From Takakia lepidozioides (taxonomy: Eukaryota > Plantae > Bryophyta): 64,000 nt of DNA. Location of the stretch: contig CM060734.1 in the NCBI GenBank assembly GCA_030704615.1, forward strand, positions 43,276,001-43,340,000. The letters are read 5' to 3'. The translations under genes were made by a program, and so were the position numbers. Below the pieces are notes generated by a model. That model was not told the DNA's origin. It made no database searches and worked only from the letters and a program-made list of their open reading frames with translations. Below, piece after piece: positions 1 through 11,769 of this stretch (positions within the stretch are counted from its first letter, which is position 1; the number at the start of each line of letters is the position of its first letter).

Positions 1-3000
1 GTTGGGCATATGTTGCAGCTGACCCCACCATCTGACCTTGAATTCATCTCGTCAGGAGTTTAAGGACGGAATGCCAAACTCACCCCGAACAGCCACATTG
101 GCTGTTTTGGATGACATACACTCCTTAAGCACCCCCACTTGAATGGATTCTAGAGACTTAGCCTGGTTGGAGTTATCAACCCATATAGCAGATCCGTACT
201 CCAAGGCAGGTCTAATAACGCGACAAAGCATGGTTTTCTTAACCTCAGAGTTGACCCCTCTGCAGTGGAAAAATTTAGTGAGCCCCAGAGCTTTGCCCTT
301 GCCAGTTTGAACAACTTTCCGGATATGTGCATCCCAATTACAATTGGAGGAGAACTCAACGCCCAGGTAAGTGTAGGAAGGGAGGACCGGGATCTCTTGG
401 CTACCCCACTGCCACTTAAGATCACTTCCTCCCTCTCCTCTGTCGTTGAATGCTACCACTGCACAGCCTCTAGCCCCCAAAGATCAAAGTATCTCTTCGC
501 GCAATCAATCAACTCCTGGAGATTGGTTGGAGTCTCCCCTATGCCTGCGAAGTCATCCGCAAACATAAGGGCTGGTATGGTGGTATCACCCACCCTTAAC
601 CCAAATCCCTCACGTTCCACATCCTCGAGGAGTTGATTGATGAAAACATTGAAGAGCAGAGGGGAGAGAGTACATCCTTGAGCTACACCTTGGTCTATGT
701 CAAAGAAGTTGGACTTCTGTCCGTTAACAGTGACACAGCTTTTGGTGTGAGCATACAAGTTGTGGACAACTCTCCACATCTTTCCCTTGATCCCACAAGA
801 CCAGAGGCGGAACCATAGGCCATCTCTCCACACTGTGTCATAACCCTTTTTGACATCCAGGAAAAAAACATAAGTGGGTTTCCCTTCTTTTTTCCTTCCC
901 TGGATAATCTGGCTTAGAGTGAAGATATGATCCACACAGCCCCTGTTTCGCCGAAAGCCAGCTTGGCCTTCTTGGAAACAACCTCTAGACTCCAGATCAA
1001 CCTCGAGACGAGTACTTATAACTCTGCAGAATGTCTTGCCAACAGCATTGAGGAGCGTGATGCCATGGTAGTTCCCTGGTTCTTCTCTGTCACCCTTCTT
1101 GTATAGATTGACAATGACCCCCTGTCGCCAGCGAAAGGGGATCATTTCAGTCTTCCAGATAAGGTTAAAGAGGAGAACTAGGGCCTCTATCATGGGATCG
1201 CCACCGTGCTTGATAAGCTCGTTGACAATACCATCAGGTCCACCAGCTTTATATCCATTTAAATGTTCAATTGCTTCCACAATCTCAGAAGAACTAATGG
1301 GAGCATTATAAGCCATTGAAATATACTCCAGTTCATCAGGGCTGTTTTGAACCATAGGAACAGTTTTTCCAACTGTGTCCCTCCATTCAGCAGAAGACCC
1401 CTCACTGTTAGACCTAGAAGTTCTGCCAAGGATACTATAGTGAATTTCAAAGGTTTTGACAATGTCAACCGATGAAGTCACCACTGCACCTTTAGTAGTC
1501 TTCAGCGCTTGTACTTGCTGACCGTTTTTCGGCTTGTACAAACGTTGAAGGGCCAACCAGAATTTCTTGTCATTACCACCATGGTGGTTTGAGTTTATTT
1601 CACTGTATAACTTGTCCCAGTATAATTTCTTCGGAGACCTAACAAGCTGATTGATATCTTTACGGAGCTGGTAGTACCTTGCCCACAATTCTCTGTTGGT
1701 TTCCAAATTGCAGCACTCTTTATAGAGGGCTCGTCTCTCAGCTATCTTGAGTTTAATCTCATTAGTCCACCAATTAACTGCTCTACCGCAGACAATTAGT
1801 TTCGTCCCAATGATCTTGTCAGCCACGGAGGAAACGAAACTCTCCCAAGAGTCCACTGCTCTTTCGACTTCATTTCTTGCGTTAACAGAGCGTGACTGAA
1901 GTTCTTGGAGCGATTGGACAAAATGAGGGAGAGCCTCTTGCAAGGCCTGGACGTACTCAGCCTTGACCTCCTCATTGTGGAATTTTTCTATGCGCCACTT
2001 CCGAATCGAACGTTTCACAGATCTCTTGGTGGTGGGAAAACACCTTTTGATCTCAGTCCAAACCAGGAAGTGGTCAGAGGTACCAATATCAGTTCTGTCG
2101 ATCAACACATTGGCACACTGGGGGAACAAAATTTTGTCCATTATGATATAGTCCACAATGGAACGTTCCCCAGTTTGGGATTTCTCACGAGTCCACTGCA
2201 CTTGGTCACCACTTGTCCTGTTATTCAAGGTCAAAAGCTGAAGCTCTTCTAGACAGTTAATTAACCGTCTGCCATTAGAATTCAGCTCGTCCACACCAAA
2301 AGGTCGAATGATATCGTCCTGATGGATCCCTTTGCCCACCCGGGCATTGAAGTCCCCCAATAGTACCACCTGACCTTTGGCAAGGAACAAAGCACAGTCC
2401 AGCTTTACATCGTCGAAGGCCTTGTCTGCGTCAGCACTAAGGGTCCCCTCTGTGGGCATGTAAACACAACCAACAAAGAGGTCCTTTGTACTCATGCTGC
2501 CCTTCAAATTCAGTTTTAGCCAGATACTATGCTCGTACCTCAAACCCTTGTTGATAATTTCACAATTGTCAAACAAGAAATCACGGACAAAGAATCCGAC
2601 CCCTTTTTGACCGGGTTTGGCAGAGGCTGCCTTGAGAGTACACATCTTACCTCCCCATTTATAACCAATGACATCTCCAACCAGTTTATCCGACGTTTCC
2701 CATGTTTCTTGCCCAGCACAGATATGAATATCATTAGTCCGAAGAACTTGTCCCACTTCAAGTTGTTTCCTTTGGTTGGTCAACCCTGAGAAGTTGAAAG
2801 TGGCCAGCCGCAAGCCAGCCCTTTGCATGTGAATTGTTTGTCGTCTAGGTAGCTTGTGATTGCTCCTGGACGGCCAACCGTTCTGCAAAGGGGGGACAGT
2901 TACCCCATGTGTAGATTTTGCTCGTCTTGTGTAAACTTTGAGAATTGGTAAACCATTCAGGGTACCAAATCTTTCAGTTACACGACGCACAGGCTCCGCA

Positions 3001-4090
3001 CACATAGGGGCAGATTGTCCGTCAGACTGCTTGGGGACAATTACCCCGTGTATAGATTTTGCTCATCTTGTGTAGACTTTGAGGATTGGTAAACCATTTA
3101 GAGTACCAAATCCTTCAGTTACACGACGTTCAGGCTCTGCACACTTAGGGACAGATTGTCCATCTGACGGCTTGGGGACAATTACCCGGTGTATAGAATT
3201 TGTTCGTCTTGTGTAAACCTTGAGGATTGGTAAACCATTCAGAGTACCAAATCCTTCAGATTCAGGACGTTCAGGTTCCGTACACTTAGGGGCATCTTGT
3301 CTTTCTGGCTGTTTGGATTCAACCTCACCCAGAGCATCAAACCAATTAGAAACTCTCAAGTTGAAGTTGTTGCCCTTGGTTGTCTTCCTAGAGCCCCCCA
3401 TTGAATCACCAATGTCTAAGACCGCTCTCCAGCCAGTCAAGGGATGAACTTCTTTGAGATTGAATTGATGCGGGACTCTATTAGAAGCACTTTTGGTCAT
3501 TGCAACCTTCAACGTACCCCTGTTATCAAGTCTCGAGATGGTACCATTAGCCATGAAATCCAAGCCTAAGCTAGAGCATGTAGTTTTAAAGGACACATCG
3601 TCCATCCTGGGATTCACCCCAAAAACTACACATGAAGCCCTAGATTTGGCATAAGTAACCAATTCCCAGGGATCAGCCTGAGGAGTGTTGATGTTGATAG
3701 GAGCTAAATTTTTGATTGTTTTCGCAGGCCATAAGTTTAAGCACAGTAACCAACCCGAGCCCAAGTGCCGAGTATGCTAGACAGAGCATACGACTGTCCA
3801 ATTTGGGCGGAGGGGCTGCCCCCAAGCAGTAGGAGTCCGCTTGTTACCATTCAGAGATCACACTCCAGGGAGTTGCAGGGAATGGCCTGTGTAGGCATAT
3901 TCTAAAGAGGGAAAGGCCCCAAGCTTTCCAACTAAATCCAATGCACTACCTTACCTGAAGCAAAGCGCTTCAGGTCGAAACAAACAAGGACACGAGGTCA
4001 CAAGGCCGGCATTTAGTCGCAGAGACATTAATGTACTCCCGTTTCAAGTCCACCCAATGTCAATAGGCTTCCTAGAGGACAGGGAGATTC
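1..4090 (-). mobile_element. Non-LTR retrotransposon (LINE) copy 1: N-terminal repeat region + APE endonuclease + reverse transcriptase; decayed, 3' end runs off the window
   Basis: ORF 453..3005 has APE motifs (TFNFSG, GQETW, LLGDFNARVG, SIVDYI, SDHFLV) and RT motifs (KAGGPDG, QAGFR, FFLDVKKGYD, GVAQGCTLSPLLFN, MFADD). ORF 3063..3764 is in frame with it, separated by one TGA. A 13-nt deletion near 465 relative to copy 2 shifts the frame into ORF 52..480 (YTYLG, RPALEYG). The 5' boundary (~4090) is approximate. Confidence 0.92.
2893..3292 (-). repeat. 141-bp (47-aa) tandem repeat, about 2.8 copies, in the LINE N-terminal coding region
   Basis: AACCATT anchors at 2951, 3092 and 3233 (spacing 141); the peptide FGTLNGLPILKVYTR occurs three times. 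Confidence 0.92.
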
Positions 4091-7000
4091 TCATGGCAAC
4101 AGACATGGCTTTGGACACTACAGCCTCTAAGTCAGATTTATCCAGCAGGGTCAAGACTTGCGGATCCAGGTCCAGGTCCGAGAATCTCTTCTACTCTCTT
4201 CTGCCAGGACTTAGCCTGTTTGACAGGGCGGTCCTGTTTCCAAGATATAGAGTCGATTAACTTAGGATATCTGGTGTTGGGCATATGTTGCAGCTGACCC
4301 CACCATCTGACCTTGAATTCATCTCGTCGGGAGCTTAAGGACGGAATGCCAAACTCACCCCGAACAGCCACATTGGCTGTTTTGGATGACATACACTCCT
4401 TAAGCACCCCCACTTGAATGGATTCTAGAGACTTAGCCTGGTTGGAGTTATCAACCCATATAGCAGATCCGTACTCCAAGGCAGGTCTAATAACGTGACA
4501 AAGCATGGTTTTCTTAACCTCAGAGTTGACCCCTCTGCAGGGGAAAAATTTAGTGAGCCCCAGAGCTTTGCCCTTGCCAGTTTGAACAACTTTCCGGATA
4601 TGTGCATCCCAATTACAATTGGAGGAAAACTCAACGCCCAGGTAAGTGTAGGAAGGGAGGACCGGGATCTCTTGGCTATCCCACTGCCACGTACGATCAC
4701 TTCCTCCCTCTCCTCTGTCGTTGAATGCTACCACTGCACATTTGCTGACATTAGCCTCTAGCCCCCAAAGATCAAAGTATCTCTTCGTGCAATCAATCAA
4801 CTCCTGGAGATTGGTTGGAGTCTCCCCTATGCTTTCGAAGTCATCCGCAAACATAAGGGCTGGTATGGTGGTATCACCCACCCTTAACCCAAATCCCTCA
4901 CTTTCCGCATCCTCGAGGAGTTGATTGATGAAAACATTGAAGAGCAGAGGGGAGAGAGTACATCCTTGAGCTACACCTTGGTCTATGTCAAAGAAGTTGG
5001 ACTTCTGTCCGTTAACAGTGACACAGCTTTTGGTGTGAGCATACAAGTTGTGGACAACTCTCCACATCTTTCCCTTGATCCCACAAGCCCACAGGCGGAA
5101 CCATAGGCCATCTCTCCACACTGTGTCATAACCCTTTTTGACATCCAGGAAAAAAACATAAGTGGGTTTCCCTTCTTTTTTCCTTCCCTGGATAATCTGG
5201 CTTAGAGTGAAGATATGATCCACACAGCCCCTGTTTCGCCGAAAGCCAGCTTGGCCTTCTTGGAAACAACCTCTAGACTCCAGATCAACCTCGAGACGAG
5301 TACTTATAACTCTGCAGAATGTCTTGCCAACAGCATTGAGGAGCGTGATGCCACGGTAGTTCCCCGGTTCTTCTCTGTCACCCTTCTTGTATAGACTGAC
5401 AATGACCCCCTGTCGCCAGCGAAAGGGGATCATTTCAGTCTTCCGGATAAGGTTAAAGAGGAGAACTAGGGCCTCTATCATGGGATCGCCACCGTGCTTG
5501 ATAAGCTCGTTGACAATACCATCAGGTCCACCAGCTTTATATCCATTTAAATGATCAATTGCTTCCACAATCTCAGAAGAACTAATGGGAGCATTATAAG
5601 CCATTGAAATATACTCCAGTTCATCAGGGCTGTTTTTGAATCATAGGAACAGTTTTTCCAACTGTGTCCCTCCATTCAGCAGAAGACCCCTCACTGTTAG
5701 ACCTAGAAGTTCTGCCAAGGATACTATAGTGAGTTTCAAAGGTTTTGACAATGTCAACCGATGAAGTCACCACTGCACCTTTAGTAGTCTTCAGCGCTTG
5801 TACTTGCTGAACGTTTTTCGGCTTGTACAAACGCTGAAGGGCCAACCAGAATTTCTTGTCATTACCACCATGGTGGTTTGAGTTTATTTCACTGTATAAC
5901 TTGTCCCAGTATAATTTCTTCGGAGTCCTAACAAGCTGATTGATATCTTTACGGAGCTGGTAGTACCTTGCCCACAATTCTCTGTTGGTTTTCAAATTGC
6001 AGCACTCTTTATAGAGGGTTCGTCTCTCAGCTATCTTGAGTTTAATCTTGGTCCACCAATTAACAGCTCTATCGCAGACAATTAGTTTCGTCCCAATGAT
6101 CTTGTCAGCCACGGAGGAAACGAAACTCTCCCAAGAGTCCACTGCTCTTTCGACTTCATTTCTTGCGTTAACAGAGCGTGACTGAAGTTCTTGGAGCGAT
6201 TGGACAAAATGAGGGAGAGCCTCTTGCAAGGCCTGGACGTACTCAGCCTTGACCTCCTCATTGTGGAATTTTTCTATGCGCCACTTCCGAATCGAACGTT
6301 TCACAGATCTCTTGGTGTTGGGAAAACACCTTTTGATCTCAGTCCAAACCAGGAAGTGGTCAGAGGTACCAATATCAGTTCTGTCGATCAACACATTGGC
6401 ACACTGGGGAGACAAATTTTTGTCCATTATGATATAGTCCACAATGGAACGTTCCCCAGTTTGGGATTTCTCACGAGTCCACTGCACTTGGTCACCTATT
6501 GTCCTGTTATTCAAGGTCAAAAGCTGAAGCTCTTCTAGACAGTTAATTAACCGTCTGCCATTAGAATTCAGCTCGTCCTCACCAAAAGGCCCAATGATAT
6601 CGTCCTGATGGAGCCCTTTGCCCACCCGGGCATTGAAGTCACCCAATAACACCACCTGACCTTTGGCAAGGAACGAAGCACAGTCCTGCTTTACAACTTC
6701 GAAGGCTTTGTCTGCGTCAACACTAAGGGTCCCCTCTGTGGACATGTATACACAACCCACAAAGAGGTCCTTCGTATTCACGCCCTTCAGATTCAGTTTT
6801 AGCCAGATACTATGCTCATACCTCAAACCCTTGTTGATAATTTCACAATTATCAAACAAGAAATCGCGGACAAAGAATCCAACCCCTTTTTGGCCGCGTT
6901 TGGCAGAGGCTGCCTTGAGAGTACACATCTTACCCGTCCAGTTATACCCTGACATCTCCAACCAATTTATCCGGAGTTTCCCATGTCTCGTGACCAGCAC

Positions 7001-7105
7001 AAATATGAATGTTATTGGCCTGAAGAACTTGTGCCACTTCGAGTTGTTTCCTTTGGTTAGTCAGCCCTGAGAAATTGAAAGTACCCAGCCGCAAGCCAGC
7101 CCTTT
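4091..7105 (-). mobile_element. LINE copy 2 (same family), 5'-truncated at the start of APE, with frameshifts
   Basis: ORF 5624..7000 (APE) and ORF 4138..5604 (RT) are near-identical to copy 1 (position 4276 corresponds to position 1). Frameshifts near 6950 and 5635. Similarity to copy 1 ends at ~7105 (equivalent to ~2824). Confidence 0.92.
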
Positions 7106-7172
7106 AGGACATCAATGCAGAGCCTAACCATTTCTAATAGCTGTCCATGGTGTGGTGTTTTTTGAAGTGAAG

Positions 7173-10100
7173 ATCAATGAGTGGCGAGACATAGCACATG
7201 AAAGAGTTTTCGCAAAGCTGGCCAGGCCACGGGGACTTGGGGCGGATCGCCCATACTCAGGTTTCGGTCTCGAGTACGAGATTACCAGCCCCGACGATCC
7301 TTTATGGCGTTTGAGGTCTGTGCTGGTTTGTGCCTGATCCGACATGAGGGTGGAAGAGGGTCCAATTTACCTAGTATGCTTGTGAACCCATTTCTGTGCT
7401 GTCTTGATAGAAACAAGGATACCGTAGGCAGGGGGTGCTGTGGCCAGCTGCTGTCAGGAAATTTCCTTAACATTTTGGAACTGGCGGCAGTATTTTTTGT
7501 GATCTCCCTGAATTTTCTCTATGTAAGCTCAGCAGAAGTTTGTGCAGATGCTGAGCAATGCAGGCCTACTGATTCTGATTTTCCAACTTTCCTGCAGAGG
7601 ACAAAATATATTCATATTCTGGCTTTTTTTAGGGATATTTCTGGCACAACCCCAGCAGAATACTTTTCCACTGAAGTGCCCCTCATGTCTACAATAGTTT
7701 TTGAGGTCAAGCCAGTGTGATGGATTTTCCAATTTTAAGCATGCTATGTTGAGAGCACCTCAATTGTAGTTAGTTGGTGTAATCTACTCCTAGTCACCAC
7801 CTCTCAACATGTGGCTTTTGTTTGTCTCTTGCTCGAAGGATTGCTTGAAGCTTTTCTTGAATCTGTTAGAATTGTACTGGGACCTGTTGTGAATCAGGTC
7901 ATTCACAAAGGTTGTGAAAGCCTCAAAGGCTAATGCAGGCTAGTTGATTCTGCAAGCACTTGATGGGAACTGTCTTGTTGGATTTCAAAAATGAATAACC
8001 GAAACCTGATTGCAGTTAATGGCTTCTGCTTTCAGCTGTTCTAATTGTACCGAGAATGGAATATCAGTGGTGTGATGTTAAGAGGCTCAGGGGTATCTGG
8101 AAGATATCATACCAAGAACTTAAGCATATTCTCTGGCAGGGCAGCAGGGGATGATTTGCAGTCAGAGAATGTGGCTCCCAAGGAAGACAAGGAGATAAAA
8201 CAAGAGGAGTGGTGTTGGGATGAAGAAGGTCTTTTTAATCTAGATGAAGTGGGGCGCCATGAGAGACAACAGTGTGCAGTGGCTGTATCGAATGTCTTAC
8301 GCAATTTCTCCTTCATGCCTGACAATGAGACATGCATGGCGCAGCACTACCGCTGCCTTCAAACTCTAGTGCAATGCATGGAAGACCATGAAACTGGTAT
8401 ATCCTTCCATGCTTTGGTGAATATGTGCATTCCCCTCCTCTCCCCTCTCTCTTTCTTTTGCATACATTTGAGAGGTGTTCAGTGATGCTGTATTCTTTGA
8501 CAACTTCGTCCACAAATGAGGGATATTGTTCACCAACAAATGTAGGGTAGGTGCTGATGTGTACGCCAAACCCATTTGGTGGTCTTTATGCCTAAAAATG
8601 ACAAGCTGTCACAAACTAGGATCAGGTGATGTGTTTGGTTTGGTTTGGAGGAACAAATGACTACTGTCCCAGCCTGCTTTCTGTGCGTGCAGATATCCTT
8701 AGGTATAGTAGGCTAGCGAGGAGGTGCATGTTGGCAGAGGAAGTCTGCTGACTCTCACTAATGTGCTGCAATGTCAAATGTGGCAAATGGCAGTAGTGAA
8801 ATTGGGTCTGGTGGTGTCTAAGTACTTATCAAACACCCTTTTCAAAGTGTGACCTGTCTATTTTTTTGGTAGCATACTTCTCAAAGGGCACTTGGTGTGT
8901 GATAATGTCTTGCAGAGGATGAGGAACTCGTGACAAATTCGATAGAGACTATGCTGAATTTGGCGCCGTTTCTTTGTCTGAAGATCTTCTCTGATCAGCA
9001 GAATGCAGATGGAAAAGCCCGAAGCTCCATCACGTAGGTAACTTAGGCTTCCTTTCTTAGATCAAGTAGCTGGACAAGCTCTATCAGTAACAATTTAATC
9101 AAAGCTTGCTACAGGACACTGGTGTACTATAACTAAATGGACTTGGAATCAGAGCCAATGAGGCCTCCAGGCACTCCTCAACACCTCGTTGTGAAATGCC
9201 GAGAAGATGGCCAGAGAAGATCATGCTGTGTAGCTGTATCTTTTGAGATGCATTTCATCTTGGGTTTAAAAGCTCTACAGTGACTGCTCTAGAAGGTTTC
9301 TTGTCCCAGTCATAGGCACTTCAAAATCCTACCTATCCCTTTCTGCATGACTTGTTAGTACTCTTGCTTCCAGGCAATCAACGTCATTGTTTATTGTATC
9401 TGAGTTTACTTATTACCAGTAATTCATTCATCTTTCAGAATCAACATGGGCGCAATTGTTTGGATGTAGTAGATACCCAGCTGTTCTGAACACCGCCTAG
9501 GGTTCCTGTTTTCCTGTAATGCCATAGAAAGTGTATTCCTTTTGATGAATTTGTGGAGGGCGTTGGTCGTGGGGTTCAGAGAGAATAGAGCTGTGGATGC
9601 AATAATAGAAATGCTGGAGTCGCCAGTGAGGGTGTGGCACTGCACTGCAGCGGAGCTGCTGGGGCGCCTTGTTGTCAACCCAGACAATGAGCCAATCCTT
9701 CTGCCGTATGTCCCTCAGGTGGGTCATGTGTTTGATTCTCTCTCTCTCTCTCTCTCTGTGATGACGGATGACCTCAAGGATTTACCCACTCTCGGCACTA
9801 GACTGAAATCTAAACTCAGGGCGGGAAGCCTACCTTTGAACAGCAAACAGAAGCAGAGAGGAAAGGGGGATTGCAAATGCCCGTTGTGTGGGCAACCTGA
9901 AGACAATATTCATTTTCCGATTCATTGTCCTGGGTACTCTCACCAGAGAGACGCCCTCTTCAAATCCATCAAGTGATTTGTGCTTGTACCTCTGTTTACC
10001 AACTTTAAAAGTCTCAATGCTGAGCCAAAAGCCCAGGCCCTAGTTATTGGGCAAATCACACAGCAGATCGATGCGTGTGTAAAGGGATTTCTAGAGGATA

Positions 10101-11769
10101 TCTGGAAAACTTGAACTTGTGTGAAGGGCTTTCTAGAGGAAATCTAGAAAGCCAGAACCAAATGTTTATATCATGGTAAGTCACTACTGGAGTGAGCCCC
10201 TCACAAAGGTAGTTTCTGTTCCCTCTTATTCTGCACAAACTGGGCACAGGGTCTTTGGTCACAAGGCTATGGCAAATGTCGTCTCGTGAGTATATTCTCT
10301 CTCTCTCTTTGGTATGTGTATGTATCGGTGCCTTCAAGATTTGCAAGCCAGTGGCCTCGGGATTAGGGTAGGTGACACTACAATCCCTGCCCTGATGTTC
10401 GCAGATGATTTTGAGGGATAACCCAGAAAGTCTACCAGGTATGGTAGACAGCCTCAAGAGATACTTTTGGATAATGATACTTGAAGCCAACATAAGCATG
10501 CACAGGATTGTGGTTTCTAACAACAAGTTCTCAGGGAGGAGTGAGGAAGGGATTCCAGTCCTCGACTTCCGCTTGTTCTGTGTCTCTATCTTCATGGCAG
10601 GGCCCATACCGATAGGATGAACGTTATCCTTGCAACTTTTGTCCTGGCATAGGAATTTCATGGGATATGTGGTTTGGACTTCAGAGTAGGTATAGCAGTT
10701 TGCCAAATTTTCCAAAAAGAGTTGTAGACTTCGCACAGAGTCGTATCTTGTAATGTCTGATATGATCTTTTGGCATTGTAATGGACTGACTTAGATCTCC
10801 GGTGATGGATGTTGGGGCCAGGTATACAAGCGGCTGGTGGAGCTGTTAGTTATGGTAACCCCTGATGCACAGGCTGCAGCTGTTGCAGCGCTGTACAACT
10901 TTGCAGAGATCAATTCGGACTGCAGACTGCGCCTAGCTAGTGAGCGCTGGTATGTAATTCAGTTGGTGGTGTGTGAGGTTCTGACAATTACAAAAAATGT
11001 TGTTTTGTGATGATGAGGAAGAATGGACCACATGGATGATTGGATGACCTTTGGCACATTTACTGGAAAGACCTTACCCACACTTTCAGCCTGGTTAGTG
11101 CTAGGCCTCTTTGTCCAATCTACCACCCAAAGGACCAGCATTAGGAGCTTCACTAAGGTTTTTCATCAGCCACCAGCATCCAGCACCTATCCCAGCACTT
11201 AGGTACTGTGACTACACAGTTTGTTTGAGACTGCTTTCTGGTCAATCCAGCTTCAGCTGAGGGTGACCTTAAGAATGGGTGCCTTGGGGACTTCTACAAA
11301 TACGAACAAGTTATCCAGTGGCCACTTGAAGTGCCCACCTCCCCTGCATGGTCAAAGGCACTATATTCTCCATGTTCTTTTTGTTCTGACATTGGGCTTT
11401 TAGCTGGAGTTAAGCCTTTGGATGGCCACTCCCCTCCTCTATTTCTCTCCATCCCCACTTGTTAGCAAGCTTGGTTGTAATTTACCCTCTTCGGTATGCT
11501 GTTTTTGCAGGGCCATAGGAAGGCTGCTGAGGGTGGTACAAGCTCCTCATCCAACGCCAGAGGTGTGCCGGAAGGCAGCACTCACGTTGGAAAGTTTGGC
11601 TTCAGAACCTCAGAATAGGGGGCTTATGCTATCCTATGAGAGCAATTTTGCAGAGCTTGCTGTGATGGACCAGCGTACGTCAGATATATTTGCCCGTATT
11701 CTGTGGGAGCTTAGTTCAGGGACAAATTCCAAGGTGGGATCAGTTCGTGGTGTTTGGGGATCTTCATAA
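7173..11769 (+). CDS. LFR: Armadillo repeat protein LFR (LEAF AND FLOWER RELATED, SWI/SNF-associated); 5' exons lie upstream of the window
   Basis: Exons about 7173-7315 (INEWRDIA...GFGLEY), 8140-8396 (EEGLFNLDE...SNVLRNFSFMPDNE), 8916-9033 (EDEELVTNS), 9580-9718 (AAELLGRLVVNPDNEP), 10822-10949 (DCRLRLASERW) and 11511-11769 (PHPTPEVCRKAA...RGVWG). Splice phases are consistent and the motifs match Arabidopsis LFR as remembered. Confidence 0.92.
9758..10308 (+). mobile_element. 3' fragment of the LINE family: C-terminal Cys/His zinc-binding motif, 3' UTR and (CT)n tail, in an LFR intron
   Basis: Encodes KLRAGSLPL...CPLCGQPEDNIHFPIHC. Starts right after a CT run (~9738-9757) and ends GAGTATATTCTCTCTCTCTCT. 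Shares sequence with 52400-53050. Confidence 0.8.
10345..10565 (+). mobile_element. Degenerate LINE RT fragment (same family)
   Basis: GGATTAGGGTAGGTGACACTACAATCCCTGCCCTGATGTTCGCAGATGAT reads as RVGDTTIPALMFADD, as in copies 1 and 2. Confidence 0.8.

Noticed and set aside
7304-7732. ORFs as an alternative 5' region (ORF1) of LINE copy 2
   Set aside because: An LFR exon lies at 7173-7315, between them and the LINE, so this is host intron.
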